Assembly: GCA_963514005.1 (NCBI GenBank)
Contig: OY740808.1
Location: forward strand, 24,428,001 to 24,492,000
Direction of reading: 5' to 3'
Source of the DNA: Raja brachyura
Taxonomy: Eukaryota
DNA length: 64,000 bases
Shown: in pieces, positions 28,201-43,200 of the stretch
Layout of the letters: every line of letters begins with the position of its first letter
Position numbering within the stretch: the first letter of the stretch is position 1
Position numbers and translations under genes: made by a program
Notes under the pieces: model-generated
What the model saw: the letters and a program-made list of their open reading frames with translations, nothing else
Database searches by the model: none
What the model was told of the DNA's origin: nothing

Positions 28201-31200
28201 ATGTCGTAGATTCATTCCATATGACACTCTGTTTCAGTCAACACAGTAGTGAGTAAATAATATATTTTTAAAACATTGTTTCAGTTTATGTAATAAGTCT
28301 TTTAATCATAAAAGAAAAAAAAATAATCACCCCTCTATCCCAGGGGAAAGTTTACAACAAAAGTGATAATGATATAAAGTGATGACATAAATCAATAATA
28401 TAAAACAAAGCAAACATTCAAAGAGAACCCAACACTGCGTGTCCAAACCCTGGCACCGTGAGAACAGGTTTATCGTAGAACTTTGAAAAAACTACTTCTT
28501 TACACCACCCTGCGGCGTCTAAAAATTTGGTCGAGTGGCACGTCCTGTACCTTTGCCGCGGACGTAGCTGCTGCCCTGGTGGAGTGAGATTTAAACACAT
28601 CAGTGTCTACTCCTGCTAAATCCAAAACCTGTTTTAACCATCTAGAAATGGTTTGAACTGAAACTTTTAATGCATTTTTTTGTGCGTAATCAGTAACGCT
28701 GTCTCACCACCCCGGAGACTCTTGGTTACTTCAATATATTGAGTCAAATGCATAACTACACACAATGTTTGATCGACAGTGTATGCTTTAAACATTACCT
28801 TGGTTCCAGTTTTCCCTGGTCTGCTTTGTTTGATTAGATCATAAACATAAAAAACAATGTTATCTGAAGCCACATGCATACAATCTAAATGTAACATTTG
28901 CAATGTTTGAACTCTTTGTGCTGACACTAATGCCTTTAGCATTACTACTTTAAATGTTAACTTCTGCAAAGACAAATTGACGTAATTGGAGCCCATTGCC
29001 TAAGCAAAGTAAGAACAATGCTAATATCCCAAATTGCTGTTTATCTGGGTTTGGGAGGATTTTTATTAAAAATTCCTTTCATAAACCGGGATATTAATGG
29101 ATGAGACCCGATTGATTCCCGGTCAGAAATTTGTCCTAAATAGGACGACAAAGCACTACGAGCACTATTAATGGCACTATAACTTAAGTGCTGATCAAAA
29201 TGTAACCCAGCAGGGAACTCCAATACATTTGATATGTTCGCAGTATGATAATATATTTTCTACAGAAGACTTCCCATTTCTTTATATGCAACATATTTTG
29301 TTTTTTAGTGTTATTTCTCCAAGCTGCAGCTATAACATCCATGGACCTATCCGACAGTCCAAGCCCTTGCAATGGTCTGGTCAGAACCTGCAGATTAACA
29401 AATTCATATGATCATGCAATGGATGAATTTATTTTGTTACTGGTTGTACCAACAAATCATTGCAACTAGGAATCGTCATAAAAGGTTCAATAATCATTCG
29501 AAGCATCAATGGGAACCATGACTGTGTAGGCCAATTTGGAACCACCAAAACGCCCTTGGCAGTGTCTTGCGCTATTTTCATGAGACATTGCCCAATCAGG
29601 CAGAATGGGGGAAAAGTATAAAAGAAAATATTCCCCCAATGTAACAAGAGTGCATCCACCGCTACTGCTCCTGGGTCGGGTTCCCATGAGACGTATTTGG
29701 GCAATTGGTGATTTAATCTAGATGCAAACAGATCAATGTCCGGTAATCCATACCGACTGACAATATTTTTGAAAACTTGTGGATTTAACATCCATCTTGT
29801 ACTGTCTTTGAATTTTCGTGATCTGTTGTCTGCCACAATATTGTCTCTCCCTGGGAGATAAATAGCTAAAAGCCAAATATTCTTACCAATACACCAATGC
29901 CACATCTGGTTAACCAGATAATCACATGATAATGATCTTACTCCACCCATGTGATTGATATATGCCACAGCTGTGGTATTGTCTACTTCTAATTGGACAT
30001 GCAAATCCTTCATAGTAGAACAATAAGCTTTCAATCCATAAAATACTCCAAATAACTCCAAATAATTAATACCATATGCTTGGAGAAATATGTCCTCTTG
30101 GACAGTCCATCTGCCACCTCAGCTGGTGTCATTGTCCTTAGCCCCCCCCCCCCATCCGAGAGCACTTACATCAGTTTGCAAAACCACTGCTGGTTGCTGA
30201 ACAAATATTTTTTTAGCAGCTTGTGGAACATTCTTAATCTACTACTGTAATTCGGATAAAGCTTCCGTTGTTAATTGCATGGCCTATCAAAATGGCCTGC
30301 ACGTTCTTTTAGTGCTTGTGTTTTTGCCCTTTGAAGGTTTTGATAATGCATTGGACCAACTCAACTGCAGGAAACGCTGCTACTAATTACCAATAGCCTT
30401 AGCTACTTCTCGGATGGAGGGATAATGTTTGTCAACAAGGCAACGACACACATTTCTAATATTGACAACTTTCTCTATTGGTAAAGTTACTGACATAGTA
30501 ACTGAATTAATCACAAACCCCAAATAGTCAATTGTTTGGGATGGCTGTAACTTAGATTTTGTTGGATGGATCAGAAATCCTAGCCTTTCAATCAGGCTTA
30601 TAGTTGCTGAAACTGATTTTTCAGCTGATTCCTGCTTAGCATTGACAATTAAAATGTCATCAAGATAAGCCATGACAATGTGTTGTTGTGCCCTTAGCAG
30701 TGCAAGTACTGGTTTCAACAATTTTGTGAACAGCCTAGAAGCTGAGCTTACCCATTAGGTAATGCCTTATGTTGCCACAGCTGACCCATCCAATTAAACT
30801 TCAAATACCTGTGAAAATGATGATGAATTGGTACTGAATAGTACGCATCTTTCAATTCTATAGTAGCCATGTAACAACCTGTTGATAACAACTGCCTTGC
30901 GGTGTTGAAGGTATCAATTTTGAAATGCTTATACTGGACAAATGTATTAACGTGTGTGAGGTCCAGAATGACTCTACCACCCCCATCTTTCTTTGCCTGG
31001 GGAAAATATTTGACACAATTTGTTGTGGATTATTAACCGTATTTTCAATTACTCCTTTTTCAAATAAAATGTTTACCTCTTTTTTATCTGAGATTTTTCA
31101 GGTGCAGAAAACACCAAAATACGATTAGGTTTATTCTGTACAGGTGGATCAATTTCTTCTACAAATTCTATTGTAGATCCTGACACAGTATCTATCATAA

Positions 31201-34200
31201 AACAATTGTAATCTACCACCAATCGGAGGTTCACCAAAAGATTCCTCTGTGATAGAATGACGTTTTTGTACGTCCAAATCTCCTTTTCCCAACATACGGG
31301 TTTGCATTAGGCTGTGATGGGTAATAATACCTCCTCACCATACTCCTGCCTCTGCTTCATAATTAAATCCCCTTCTCATTGAACCACACCTTTTTTGACC
31401 AAATATGAAAGGTTTCATAAGGCTTTGTCTGATAGTCTTTGCCTCTTCACCAATTTCTTTGATTTGTTTAGGCACGTTTTCTTCGAATAAATACCCAGGA
31501 GTTTGAATATTGCTTGATCTGCACAGACCTGTAAATCTAGGGTGCAGTATGGGCCGAATGGTGATTATTCTCATACAATTAACTCAAAGTATGAGTTACA
31601 AAACAATGCCAACATATCTTTTTGAACTTTGGTCATTGTACATCCTTCCACTTGCTCCCCAAAAGCAGTGATGCCACCCGCAATTTTAAGCTTGAATTCT
31701 TTGGAATCGTATTTCCTGCATTATTGAAGACATGGGTGCCCAAATAGTCGGATTCACCGTTGGCACCCTTAGTGAAGCACAATTCACAGGTGTTTCATAT
31801 AATTCTGCTGTTTCAACCATAACAGCCTCCTGAAGCTGGTGAGAAACCAATTAATGTTGGCCCCCAAGGTTATCTTCCGTGGCCTCACTGCTTCCTTCAG
31901 GTATAGCACTTTGTGCCTCATCAAGTATACCTGGATTAATATTCTTGTGCTGTGGTGGGTACTCAGACTTTCTCAGACTTTCTTTACTTTTCTCCCCACT
32001 GGAGATTCTTCCGCGGCTTCTGGTTTGTGGAGCGACTAAAGACTCACTAACGGGTAATTCAATGGCCACCGGTATCGGAACCGTCTCCGCACTAATCTGC
32101 CGTCACGATCGCTGTGCTTCTACCCGGGACGCACGTTTAACCCGCACCAAATTTTTCCGGAGTTTTTTCCCTTTTTTCTTTCAAACTCTTCCTGGCTTTG
32201 CACGCCAGCGTCACGGAGTTTGAAAATGCCCTGAAGGTAATTTAATCCACTTACCTGCGGGCCTGTTCCTTACCGCTGGTGGAGCTGTGCTCTGCAGCTC
32301 TTTCCCTACCGACAGCGTCGATGTAATGGCCGATCATGCGCCAGGCGGGGCTTCTTCACGTAGTCACTCATGCAACTCCGAAGTAAAATTGTCATATAAA
32401 CTGTTGTTGCATTTGATATGCTTTATAGGCGTATTAAATAGGCTAGACCACTAGGGGCGCTGCATTGAAAGCGCCTCTGCCTACAGCCTGTCCGTTTTTT
32501 CCCCTTTTTTAAATTTTAGTTTGTCTAAACTGTTTTGTTTTGGGTACACAAAATGCTGGAGAAACTCAGCGGGTGCAGCAGCATCTATGGAGCGAAGGAG
32601 ATAGGCAACGTTTCGGGCCGAAATCCTTCTTCAGACAGAGGCGCTTTCAATGCAGCGCCCCTAGTGGTCTAGCCTATTGTCTGAAGAAGGGTTTCGGCCT
32701 GAAACGTTGCCTAGAGTCTGAAGAAGGGTTTCGGCCCGAAACGTTGCCTATCCCCTTCGCTCCATAGATGCTGCTGCACCCGCTGAGTTTCTCCAGCATT
32801 TTGTGTACCCTCGATTTTCCAGCAAATGTTTCGTTTTCGGGTTACTTTAGCTTTTCTATGTGTGGGGAGGGGGGCAGGGTAAGGGGGAAACTGTTTCCCA
32901 GTTGCTTCCTGGCGGGGACGCGACTATTTCTTAGAGCCGCGTCCTCACCCCCTCCTCGCGGCCTACCACCTGGATCGGAGCGGCCTTTCCTGCCGGGGAC
33001 CGGGAACCGGACCAGAGTTGCAACCGGATCAGAGTCGCAGCACTGAATTCACCGCGGAGCGGGCGATATCTACCTGGATCGCCGTTTGGAGCTCCGGAGC
33101 GTTGGGCCTGCAGCTTCGACATCTAGGAGCTGTGGGTCGAGGAGCTCCCAACGCGGGCGGTGCTGACCGACATCGCGGAGTCCTGGGGCCCTTTGCCGAG
33201 GGCCGCCAGTGTTGAGTCTCCGCCCGGCGCGGCCCGGGGACGTCGGGAGCTGCGGACTCTGGTGGGAAGCGGCCGTTTTGGAGGTCCAAATCGCTGAGGT
33301 TGGCCTCCAGTCCCGACGTCGGAGAGCCAACATCCCGGCTAGCAGGCTTGAGTGGCGGGCTGCCCATAGCGGCGATTGCGGAGGGCTCCAGAGGCCCCGA
33401 CCATGGGGGAACATCAGAGGAAGAGACTGATTTTGGTGCCTTCCCTCACAGTGGGAAATTTTTGATTCTGCTGTGTGGGGATGTTTTATGTTTAAATCTA
33501 TCGTGTGTTGTGTTCTTTATTTTAGTGTATGGCTGTATGGTGATCACATCTCACTGTGCCATCTGGCACATGTGACAAATAAATGTATCTTGTATCTTGT
33601 AAATGCAACACCACACATACAATAAATTATCAGTTATTTTAGATAAACCAGACCATGATCGTGCAAGTCATAGTGTGTACCATTGTAGCGCCAAGTCCAT
33701 TGTAGCTTGGTGCGGAAGTAGGGTTATGCAGGGTGGTTCAAGAGCCTCTTGATTCATGGGAAGAAGCTGTTTCTGAACGTGAAGGTAATGGTTCTCAGGC
33801 TCCTGTACCTTCTTCCTGATGGCAGCAGTGAGATAGGAGCATGGGTGGTGTGGGCTTTTGATGATATTACCTTCCTTCTTGTGATAGTGCTTTCTGTAGA
33901 TCCTTTCAATGGTGGGGAGGCTATTCCATATGATGGACCAGGTAAAGTCCAGTATGTTCTTGAGCATATAGGCCTAATTACAAGTTTAGACTGATACCAG
34001 TATGATTTATTTCATATCAATGGAGCAGTCAATCTTGGACACTCTAATTACTGAACTGAGTGAGATACAATTGGTCAATGAGCTCTCCATCATACACATG
34101 TAGAGGTTCCATGGCGTATTTGATGACGTGCCAAATTTCCTCAAATTTCTGAGGAACTAGAGGCATTCCTGAGCTTTATTTGTATTTGCATCAATGTACT

Positions 34201-37200
34201 GGGCCCAGGTGACTGTGAGGACCAAACTTGTTCCAGCAAGATTTGTCTGTAGGTGTTGCATATAACCTATGTCAATTGTAAATGGATAATGGGTTTACAC
34301 TATATTTCCTGTTTCACACATCTCAAAACTAACATCATATTTGAATGAGAAATAAATTTTGTTAAATAATTTCATTCCAAACGTGTTTCATTGGCAAAAT
34401 ACAATTTCCTTACTTCCATAGGTTCACTGTTGGGAGTTGGACTTACTGATGGATGTGTTTACATCCTTGATGCGCTTTCTTTGAACAATGAGCGCTCCGA
34501 ACCTTTCCAATATGCCAAAGATGCTATTACTGACATTGCCTTCTCACATGACTCAAGATACCTGGCAACAGTTGTGAGTATTGAAAATATTTTTTAAAGG
34601 AATTGAGGCAGTGGATGCAGAAATAATCAACATTTTTTTGACCATCCAAATATAAAATAGGCTATAGTTTTTTAGAAATAATTTTAAAATATATAAATTT
34701 ATTTGCTCTTTCGAACCACTAAATCTTAATAAAGAGACATGCAGATATAATAATTTCAAGCCCTTCTGTAAACATGTTCTAAGATGTGAATTATTCTAGC
34801 ATTTCCACTTGCTTGTGTGAACATTATGTACCTGCAAGAGTGGGCTCAATTAAGATGTGACAAATTTAGAATAGTTCATGTAAATGTACACAAGAGGAAA
34901 GGTTCGATTTAATAAACTATTGAGGTTACTAGCATTTTTGCAATTGTAACTCACCTTTCAAGAGAGTGTCTTGCATCAACTCAGTATCTGCCATGTTGAC
35001 ATACCACTATCTGACATACTGGAAATTCACATAATCTTTCTAGTAATTAAAATATTTGAGAAGACCAATCTAATTTACAAATTGAAAAGTTTCAGTGAGA
35101 CACCACAAGTTGTGCAGAGCATGGGAGCTGTAAAGTTATAGTTGTTGCACATTCTACAAGATGGAAGCAAGATAATCGGTTGTAAAAATGGTGGTTTTAT
35201 ATGGTCAACCATTTGAATAAAAAGCTTTATTGGATGATTATTGGTAGTTTCTTCTGAATACAGTATTAACATTTAATTTCCGACTTCCAATATCGTATTG
35301 CTATATTCGAAAATGTTCTGGATAAATTATGTAATAACTTGTATTGTCCAACAACCAGTTTATTCCAGATTAATAGTAAACCACAGATGATTCAATGGCT
35401 CTTGCATTAATCTGTTCTTTGTGTTGCAGGATAGTAAAACCACAGTGACAGTGTTTCATTTTCGCAATAATTCTTGGATGTATTTAGGAAGGCAAAATGC
35501 ACACTTTAAACCAATTAAAACTCTCATGTTCGGGATATATTTGGATGATAACAAACCCAGACTATTGTCTCTTGGAGAGGACAGGGTACTGGTAAGTGAA
35601 TGTTTAATGCTCCATCTTGGGTATCTTCTTTCATTACTAAAAATCATTATTTTTTAAATATTGCCCAGAGTAGCAAAAGGGAATATTAAATGTGCAGTGA
35701 AATGGTCAAATATGATTTAGTGGTGAGCAATTGCCTATTATCAAGTTATAAACCAAGTAAGAAATATACAATTGCTAGCTTCATAAATCTGTTAGTCACT
35801 AATTTGGTGAAATTAGCTTTTGTGCTATTTAGAAGGTATAAAAATAACAGGAAGTAAACGAGAAATCCGTGTTTAATCTTTTCAAAAATCGCTTTGATGT
35901 TGATATATTTCTAATATTGGTTTATTTTGTAGTGGATACCCATCTGGATCCCACTAACTTAAGTTAAATATTTTGGAGTTCACCTCATTCTGATTTCTTC
36001 CTAAAGTTTCATAATTAAATATCATGGATCATTTGTAGATATTTGAATCATTGCATATTCAGTATGCAGATTTTTGATTATACTGGGCAAAATGCAGGCA
36101 AATGACACCAACCTATAATGCCAATAATGCCAACTTGGTCGGCATGGACAGGGTGGGCTGAAGGGCCTATTTCAATGCTGTATTGACTGTGACTTGTTTT
36201 GTATTCTTTACTTGATAGTACAATGTATGTGTTGTTATTATTTCATTTCATCCATTTCTTGTTTTATATTTGATTCAATGCTACTTTATTTGTCACGTAC
36301 AGTGGTACAGTGAAATTCATTTTTGTATACAGTTCAGTACAAGTATCAGTATTGATAAGCACTTGGATATATCTTAGATAAGCATCTCAGATACAGTACA
36401 AGTGAATGGCAGTAGTACGTTGAGACAGTATACAGAGTCATCAGTTTGCTGCCATTTTCAAGTCCCAGTTGTTGTAAGTGCAGGGTTCTTGACCTGACCA
36501 TGAAGGTCCATTACCCTGGTGGCGTTGTTGGGGTGGGCCTTACCAAGTGTGGCTGTGGTGTCCTCTTTTACTGCAATTTTAATCAATGACTATAATTTTT
36601 TTCTAGTTTTGAAAGATATAAGAAAATAATAGCTGTACACCTCATTTAACAAATGTTTTTTTTAATTCCTCAGGTAGAGTATGATCTGGAAAATAGTACT
36701 GAGGTTGATTTGCGGATCTCGAGTAGTGAGAGAATAGAACAAAGTGCTATACCCATGTGCATGGCCTGGTATCCACCGATCACTAAAGAGAGTTTCATTA
36801 TCACAGCCAATGACCAGTATAAACTAAAACTCTACAACGCCACAACCAACATGTGCAGGTTTGTGAAACCCATTCATTCATACATAGCATAATGACTTTG
36901 CTTCAAACACAAATCTTTTCAAGGCACTTACCTGACAACTGGATCATGCTGATGGTTCTATTGTAAGCTGGCCTCAGTCTAAAGGGACCAGATCCGAAAT
37001 GGCGTCTGTCCATTCCCTCCACAATTGAAGCTTGACTGGCTGTGTTATTCGAACAGTTTTGTGTCTTACAAAAGATAGATATATTTTGACTCCTAAATAT
37101 TTTGAATTTTCTCTACCATAGTGGTCATTGAGAACATTCAAATCTGAGATCGATGTTTTGAAATAAGAAACATGTAGAAACATAAGAAAATGTAGGGATT

Positions 37201-40200
37201 GGGTAGAAAAGTGGATTTGAGATCTAAGACAACTCATTGTTATTTTGAAAGACAGGGAAAGCTCAAGAGGAACTGTAACCTACTGCTACGGTTTCTTATG
37301 TTAATTTTATATCTGTTGCTTAGTTCTATGGATAACCTTTACAGAGTCAATGTACATTCATGTATCAATTCTGAGGAATTGATCTCCTTTGCCCTTGCAT
37401 GATTTGAAGAAAGCAACTGTTGTCTTAATTTCATTGTGATTTGTTTATTAATCCAATCCAATCCACTCGTGCTTATTTGGTATACTGTTGATTAGAAATT
37501 GATGCAATTTTGTAATTTTAACACCTGATGTGTGTTGATATTGTGCAATTCTCTTTACCCTGATGTGTTTAAATTGTTTCTTTCTCCACAGAAAGACAGT
37601 ATTGGGTCCGGTCTATGAATCTCCTTTAAAAAAAATTAAGATCCTCCCTTTCTCAAGCACCAATGAACCTAAAGTTGGTTATTTAGCCTATATCACAGAT
37701 AACAAGGTATACATTCATCTATTAAAAAAATTTGTAGCTGTGATACAATTTTCAGTTTTCACGTTGAGAGAATTTTTTTGTAATATTCTTCAGGATGTAT
37801 TTGAAAGTTTCCGAAAATACTTCTTCAATTTGCAGACGCCACTAAATCTCATGACCGAAAGTAAAGGACAAACGAGACCAAGCTTTGCCTCCTTTATTCC
37901 AGAACACCCTTTTAACATAAAATATCCTCAGAACTCCTCGTGTGCAGATAAGGCCATTTAGTGTGTCTGCCCTCGGAGTTGTTATCCCGCTCTCTTTTCT
38001 CCGCCATCACCTCCGGTTCTGGCTCATCCCAGTGGTAACAAGCTGTATGAAAAACCACGTGGGCATGAAGTCGCCACAGTTCCCCCCTTAGCCACCGAGT
38101 CACACAAGGTGGCGACCAAAGACTGCTGGCTTTGTCCTGACCCGTACCGATCTGGCGGATTGATTTTACGGCCTGATCTCGTTTGGTACTGCAGTGTGGG
38201 AGGTCTTTGGCAGGAAGTGTTTGTGTCCTGTGACTTCGCCCGCTCATTGAGTGAGGTTGTTGGTTGGTTCTCGACATGTGCTGGCTTTAACCGGTCGACG
38301 GATACAGTGTCTGTTTTTCCGTTCCGATTGATTATGAAACTCTTAGGTAGGCGTTGGATGACTTGTGTGCTTGCAGAAGAGGTCGGTGGATGGTGTCATG
38401 TCGGATCAAAACATGTGTGCAGCTTTGTAGCAACGTTACAAAATTGTGAGATTTTAAAAATCAAGTCTGCAATTTATCCCATCAGATAAAGCATAAAAAG
38501 AAGTTTAATTTGACACCTAATTCACTTTCATATCTTCAGTATTAAAAAAGTTATGGCCATTTTCATACTCTTAAATTAGCATCTTGTTCCCCATTGCCTT
38601 TCCATTGACATAAGTCAAAAGCTGTGATCTGGGACAGTCAAAAGCCCATAACATTCTTAAAAATTAATAGAACTCAATGAAATTTTCAGTTTTTATAGAT
38701 TGAAGCATTCTGAAACAAATATGAAACAATCTTACTTGGATGACCTGAAATTAAAGCATATAATTAGTTAGTTACCTAATTGGAGCTAATTCAATTACTA
38801 GATCTAAACATCTATCCATTTCTTAAGAAATGATAAACATTTTTAAATTGCCTAAGTATCCAAATAACATTCACACAATAATCCACAATATAAAATGATT
38901 TTTAAATCTCATTTTCATGAACTTATAGGCCAAATGGAAGGAATTTAGTGTTTAATTCCTGTAAATTAATGGCCATTTAAATCAACTTGCGAGTGGGTTT
39001 TAGTGGAACGCGGTGGATTGGAACGTTGCGGTTTGCGGTGAATTTAACCCCCATTCAGCAGGAAAAATACAGCCGGTTTGTATATTTTTTTTGTCCCCTT
39101 TTCGCATTATGAAAATTTGATTAAAGGCTTGCTAAGAAGCACGTTTTTATGTAAAAATAAACTTTTATCGCCTACGTTAGGTCCGTTACGCAGTCGGCGT
39201 TCAGGGCTTTAGAAGATGATTTTTAAACTACTCTAGCTAATAAATGATCTATCGTAGTTTAAAAATACTTCATGAATGAAATGTCGGAGCGATTTCTCTT
39301 TAGCAATGAAATCGCCTGAGATTGATCGATTTGGACTGTCTAGGGAAAAATGGCATTTTAAACCGCCCCCCTCTGAAAGCACCAAAGTCACGCACATGGG
39401 GAGTGGCAGAACTGCAGCGCTGCTAAAAGTAGGTATTGTAACATACCTAAGCTTTGGAGATCAGCAAGCACGTAGACCATTGCAGGTGTTTGCCGCGTCG
39501 GTGTCGATCTGAGTAGCTGCATAGTTCGCTGTAATCGATCGACATACCTGTTTGGGTCATAGGAGGTACACAAAAGGCTGGAGAAACTCAGCAGGTGCAG
39601 CAGCATCTAAGGAGCGAAGGAGATAGGCAACGTTTCAGGCCGAAACCCTTCTTCAGACTGATATATCTGTCTGTGGGAATTGGTTCATCTAATTCGCCGG
39701 GCAGCTTCAGAATTATGCCGTAAATGAACATCCTAGGTCTGCTTTCACCGCCGTACTTTTTTTCTGAATTATATTCAATGCGGTCATAATATTAGTATCT
39801 AGACGGGAACAGCCAACAATTTCTGCTGTACATATTTTGATGTGAATCTAAATGAAAACATGAAGGGAAATACACCTGCGAATGAAAAATAGTTTTCATC
39901 AAAATAATTTAAATGAATCATTATATATGTGAATCAATTGATTGACCAGGATATATTTGTATAACATGATAGATATGTAATTTAATAATCTTGCTATTTG
40001 TAAAAGGCAATGGATATGTCTACTAAGATTTTCTGGTTGAAGTCATGGATAAAAAGCTTAAATCCTGACTTACCTTGGTCCCGAAGAGATCCCGTAGTTT
40101 TTTTAAGCACCAACTTTTTATGCACTGACTTTTTAGTGCATCAACCTTTAAGCACTGACATTTTACTCCCTAAATGTTTTATGAACTGCCTGACCCTGGT

Positions 40201-43200
40201 CCCGAAGGGATTCAAACATTTATTACGCTATTTGATTGTGATCTGCTACAAAAACTATAGCAATAGAAATTTGGGGTAAATTCTTTTTGGAGAATGATTG
40301 AAATAAGTTTTATTTTCAGAACCCAAACTCTTATAGAAGAGTCATGTACTAGTGTTGTGCTTTGCTTATTAGTACTGTAATAAAAGCATTTATTTATACC
40401 TTATAAAATCTAAAATTGTACTTTCTTGCAATGTGTTGTCCAGGTGGGTTTACAAACCCTGCCGTTGGATGGAAATCCCCATAAATCCTGTGCACTCGTC
40501 TGCCATGGAAGTGTAGTGACTAATATTGCCTGCTCACATGATGGTCGTTATATTTTTACAGCAGGAGGAGATGATTGTACTGTACATATGTGGAAAGTTG
40601 ACCTGGAGTAAGTAAATGTATTTATTCTTTCTCGAAAAAATTGTCCTCAACAAAAGGACTTTACTAGAATCTCTCAAATTTGCTATGTGTGGACAGACAC
40701 AAATTGCTGGAGTAACTCAGCGGGTCAGGGAACATTCCTGGAGAAGATGGATAGGTGACGCTTCAGAGTAAAGGTTCCAACCAGAAATGTGACCTATGGA
40801 TTCTGCCTGACCCGTTGAATTACTCCAGCATTTTGTGCCTATCTTTGGTATACACCAGCATCTGCAGTTCCTTTTTATTGTTATGTAGGGAGTGGATCCG
40901 AAAGTGAGATAGTATAGAACTAGTGTAAATGGGCAATTGATGGTCAGCATGGACTCTGTGAGTAGGAGGCTTGTTTCCAAGCTATATCTTTAAATCAATG
41001 CTTTCAAACAAGTACAGATATGACAGTTTTAAGGCACTAAGGGAGTTTGACATCAACATCATGGAGATAAGCTTGCTAAGTGTGCATTGGAATAGTCAAA
41101 ATAAAAGGCAAGACAGACTAGGGTGAAGGTTTTAGGTGTAGATGAGCAAGAATGGACGGGCATTGTGAAGATGGCTCTCGTTAGTGATAATGTGATAATC
41201 AATGTAAAAACTTAGCAGCTCAAATGTAAAATCAAGGTAGCAAACAAACTGGATTTGTTTCAGATAGTTGCAGAAAGAAAAGGGAATAAGTGGAAAGGGG
41301 TGCAGTTTCTGATGGGAATTCATTACTAAATATCAGGCAAACAGCATAATAATTTGGTCAAGAGAGAAATGGTGAAAAAAGGATGATACAAGTGCCAAAA
41401 TTCTTGTTTATACAATCTTGATTAGAAATTATAAATTGTTACATTGGTCTATGACTTAAACTAGAGATACATACAATTGTCTTTATTTACATTGATAGAG
41501 AATTATATTTTTCCAGACTTTGCTGCCAGAATAATGCTTAATATGCCCGATTTTATTTTTTTTTTAATTATCCAGCAATTTATGACAACAATTATAGTCT
41601 GTGAAGAGTGAATTGCCAGAAGTGTTGGATGATATGCTGTGAGCCACTAAAACATAATTCATAATCTCACTGTTGTATTAAATTGTCACATATTATTTAC
41701 TAATATAAATATTGACTTTAAATGATAGGATTGCTACTAAACAATTATTGGACCTTATTTAAAAAGAGGAATTTAATGGCAAAAAAACAATCTGATTCTG
41801 AAAGCTTAAATGGTGGAGTTTCAATCCTATAAATAGTAAATTGTTCAGAGAATTATAAAGTTATAATTGAAAAGATTTTTTAATTTGTACAGTTCCTTTG
41901 CCCTCTCAATCCAGTCTTTCTGCAAGATCAATAAGTTTCATTGGTCACCTTGATTCTCTCAGCACTTGCTGCTGATTTAGTCTGACAGCTGTATCCTTCA
42001 GGATTTGACCAGCTACATCATCTGTGGATTTTCAGAACCACTCTCAGAGATGATCATCGATGTTTCCCATCCAGAACATATTCTGTGCTATTCTCAGTGC
42101 TCCTATCAAGCATTATTCCACAAGAGCACTAATTCACCACTTAGTGGAGTGGTAACAAACAGATTTCCTTCTCCATCTTTTGGCTAAAGTATTGAGGTTT
42201 TACAGGATTCCGAGCAACACTTTCTGACCATGTGGCATTGTGGCACCTCGCATATATTGTCTGTCCTAGTAATGACATTGCTAGTAATGATGGAGAAATT
42301 CGGCTGATTTTCTATTTTTGGGATCTACGACCATAAACCGCAAGGTTTATTTAATTCTCCCATCAATCACTCGGTTTCTATTCTGATTAGCATAGAATAA
42401 CCTATGTTAGGTTGTGCACAAATATAGGAAAAGTGATGTAGGACCAACAGTACCATCCACATTGCCATGCTTTGGTAATAACTAAACATAGCACAACAAT
42501 ATGAGTACATTGTCCAATGCATAACTCAATGCGTGTGAAATTTCTTTCACACGTAAAGGAGCAAAAGATTATCAGAAATATCATTTTTGCATCAGTAATT
42601 ATGTTTGCAGTTGACTCAATCTGTAAGTACAATTGAACTTTTACATTATGTCTCATCAGAAGAATAAAGGTTAAGTAAGTATAACTGTTATTTTGTGGCA
42701 TTAAAGGGCTCATGAAGCAGTAATTGCACTTGGAGGCGAGGATTTGATACCATTTTATGGTTTATTGGAAGGTGGAAGAGATGGTGAATTATTTAAGGTA
42801 ATAACCTTTCAGGATTTTTCTTGATTAATTTGTTGAATTTTGTAAATGATAATGAAAGTTACAGGAACAATTATGTAATCTGCCTGTCGCTTTCATTGTT
42901 CTATAGATTGGCGTTTGTAAGAATTATTCATTTTAACATGATAATCTTGAAATCCTTTAATACATGCTGTGCTCTGAAAAGTAATTAAAAAAATTATCCT
43001 TTGCACAAATATTCACATAGACACATACACACTAATATACAAATGTTTACATGCAAGCACGCAATTATAAAAATCAATATTTATCCTATTTTGGTTCTGT
43101 TATGTATATCTATCAAGGTTTGTGAATGTAATTCTATACTGTTGTATCCTTGAGATATATAGTGCTCACATGATTCATTACATGTATTTTAAGCATTATT

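Noticed and set aside
32681-32755. 37 nt spaced repeats as a CRISPR-like array
   Set aside because: Eukaryotic context, only two units, no unique spacers, no cas genes.
32931-33575. Several ~100 aa ORFs in a CpG-rich patch as a nested gene
   Set aside because: Stop-poor GC-rich repeat body ending in a LINE-type tail; no splice or domain support.
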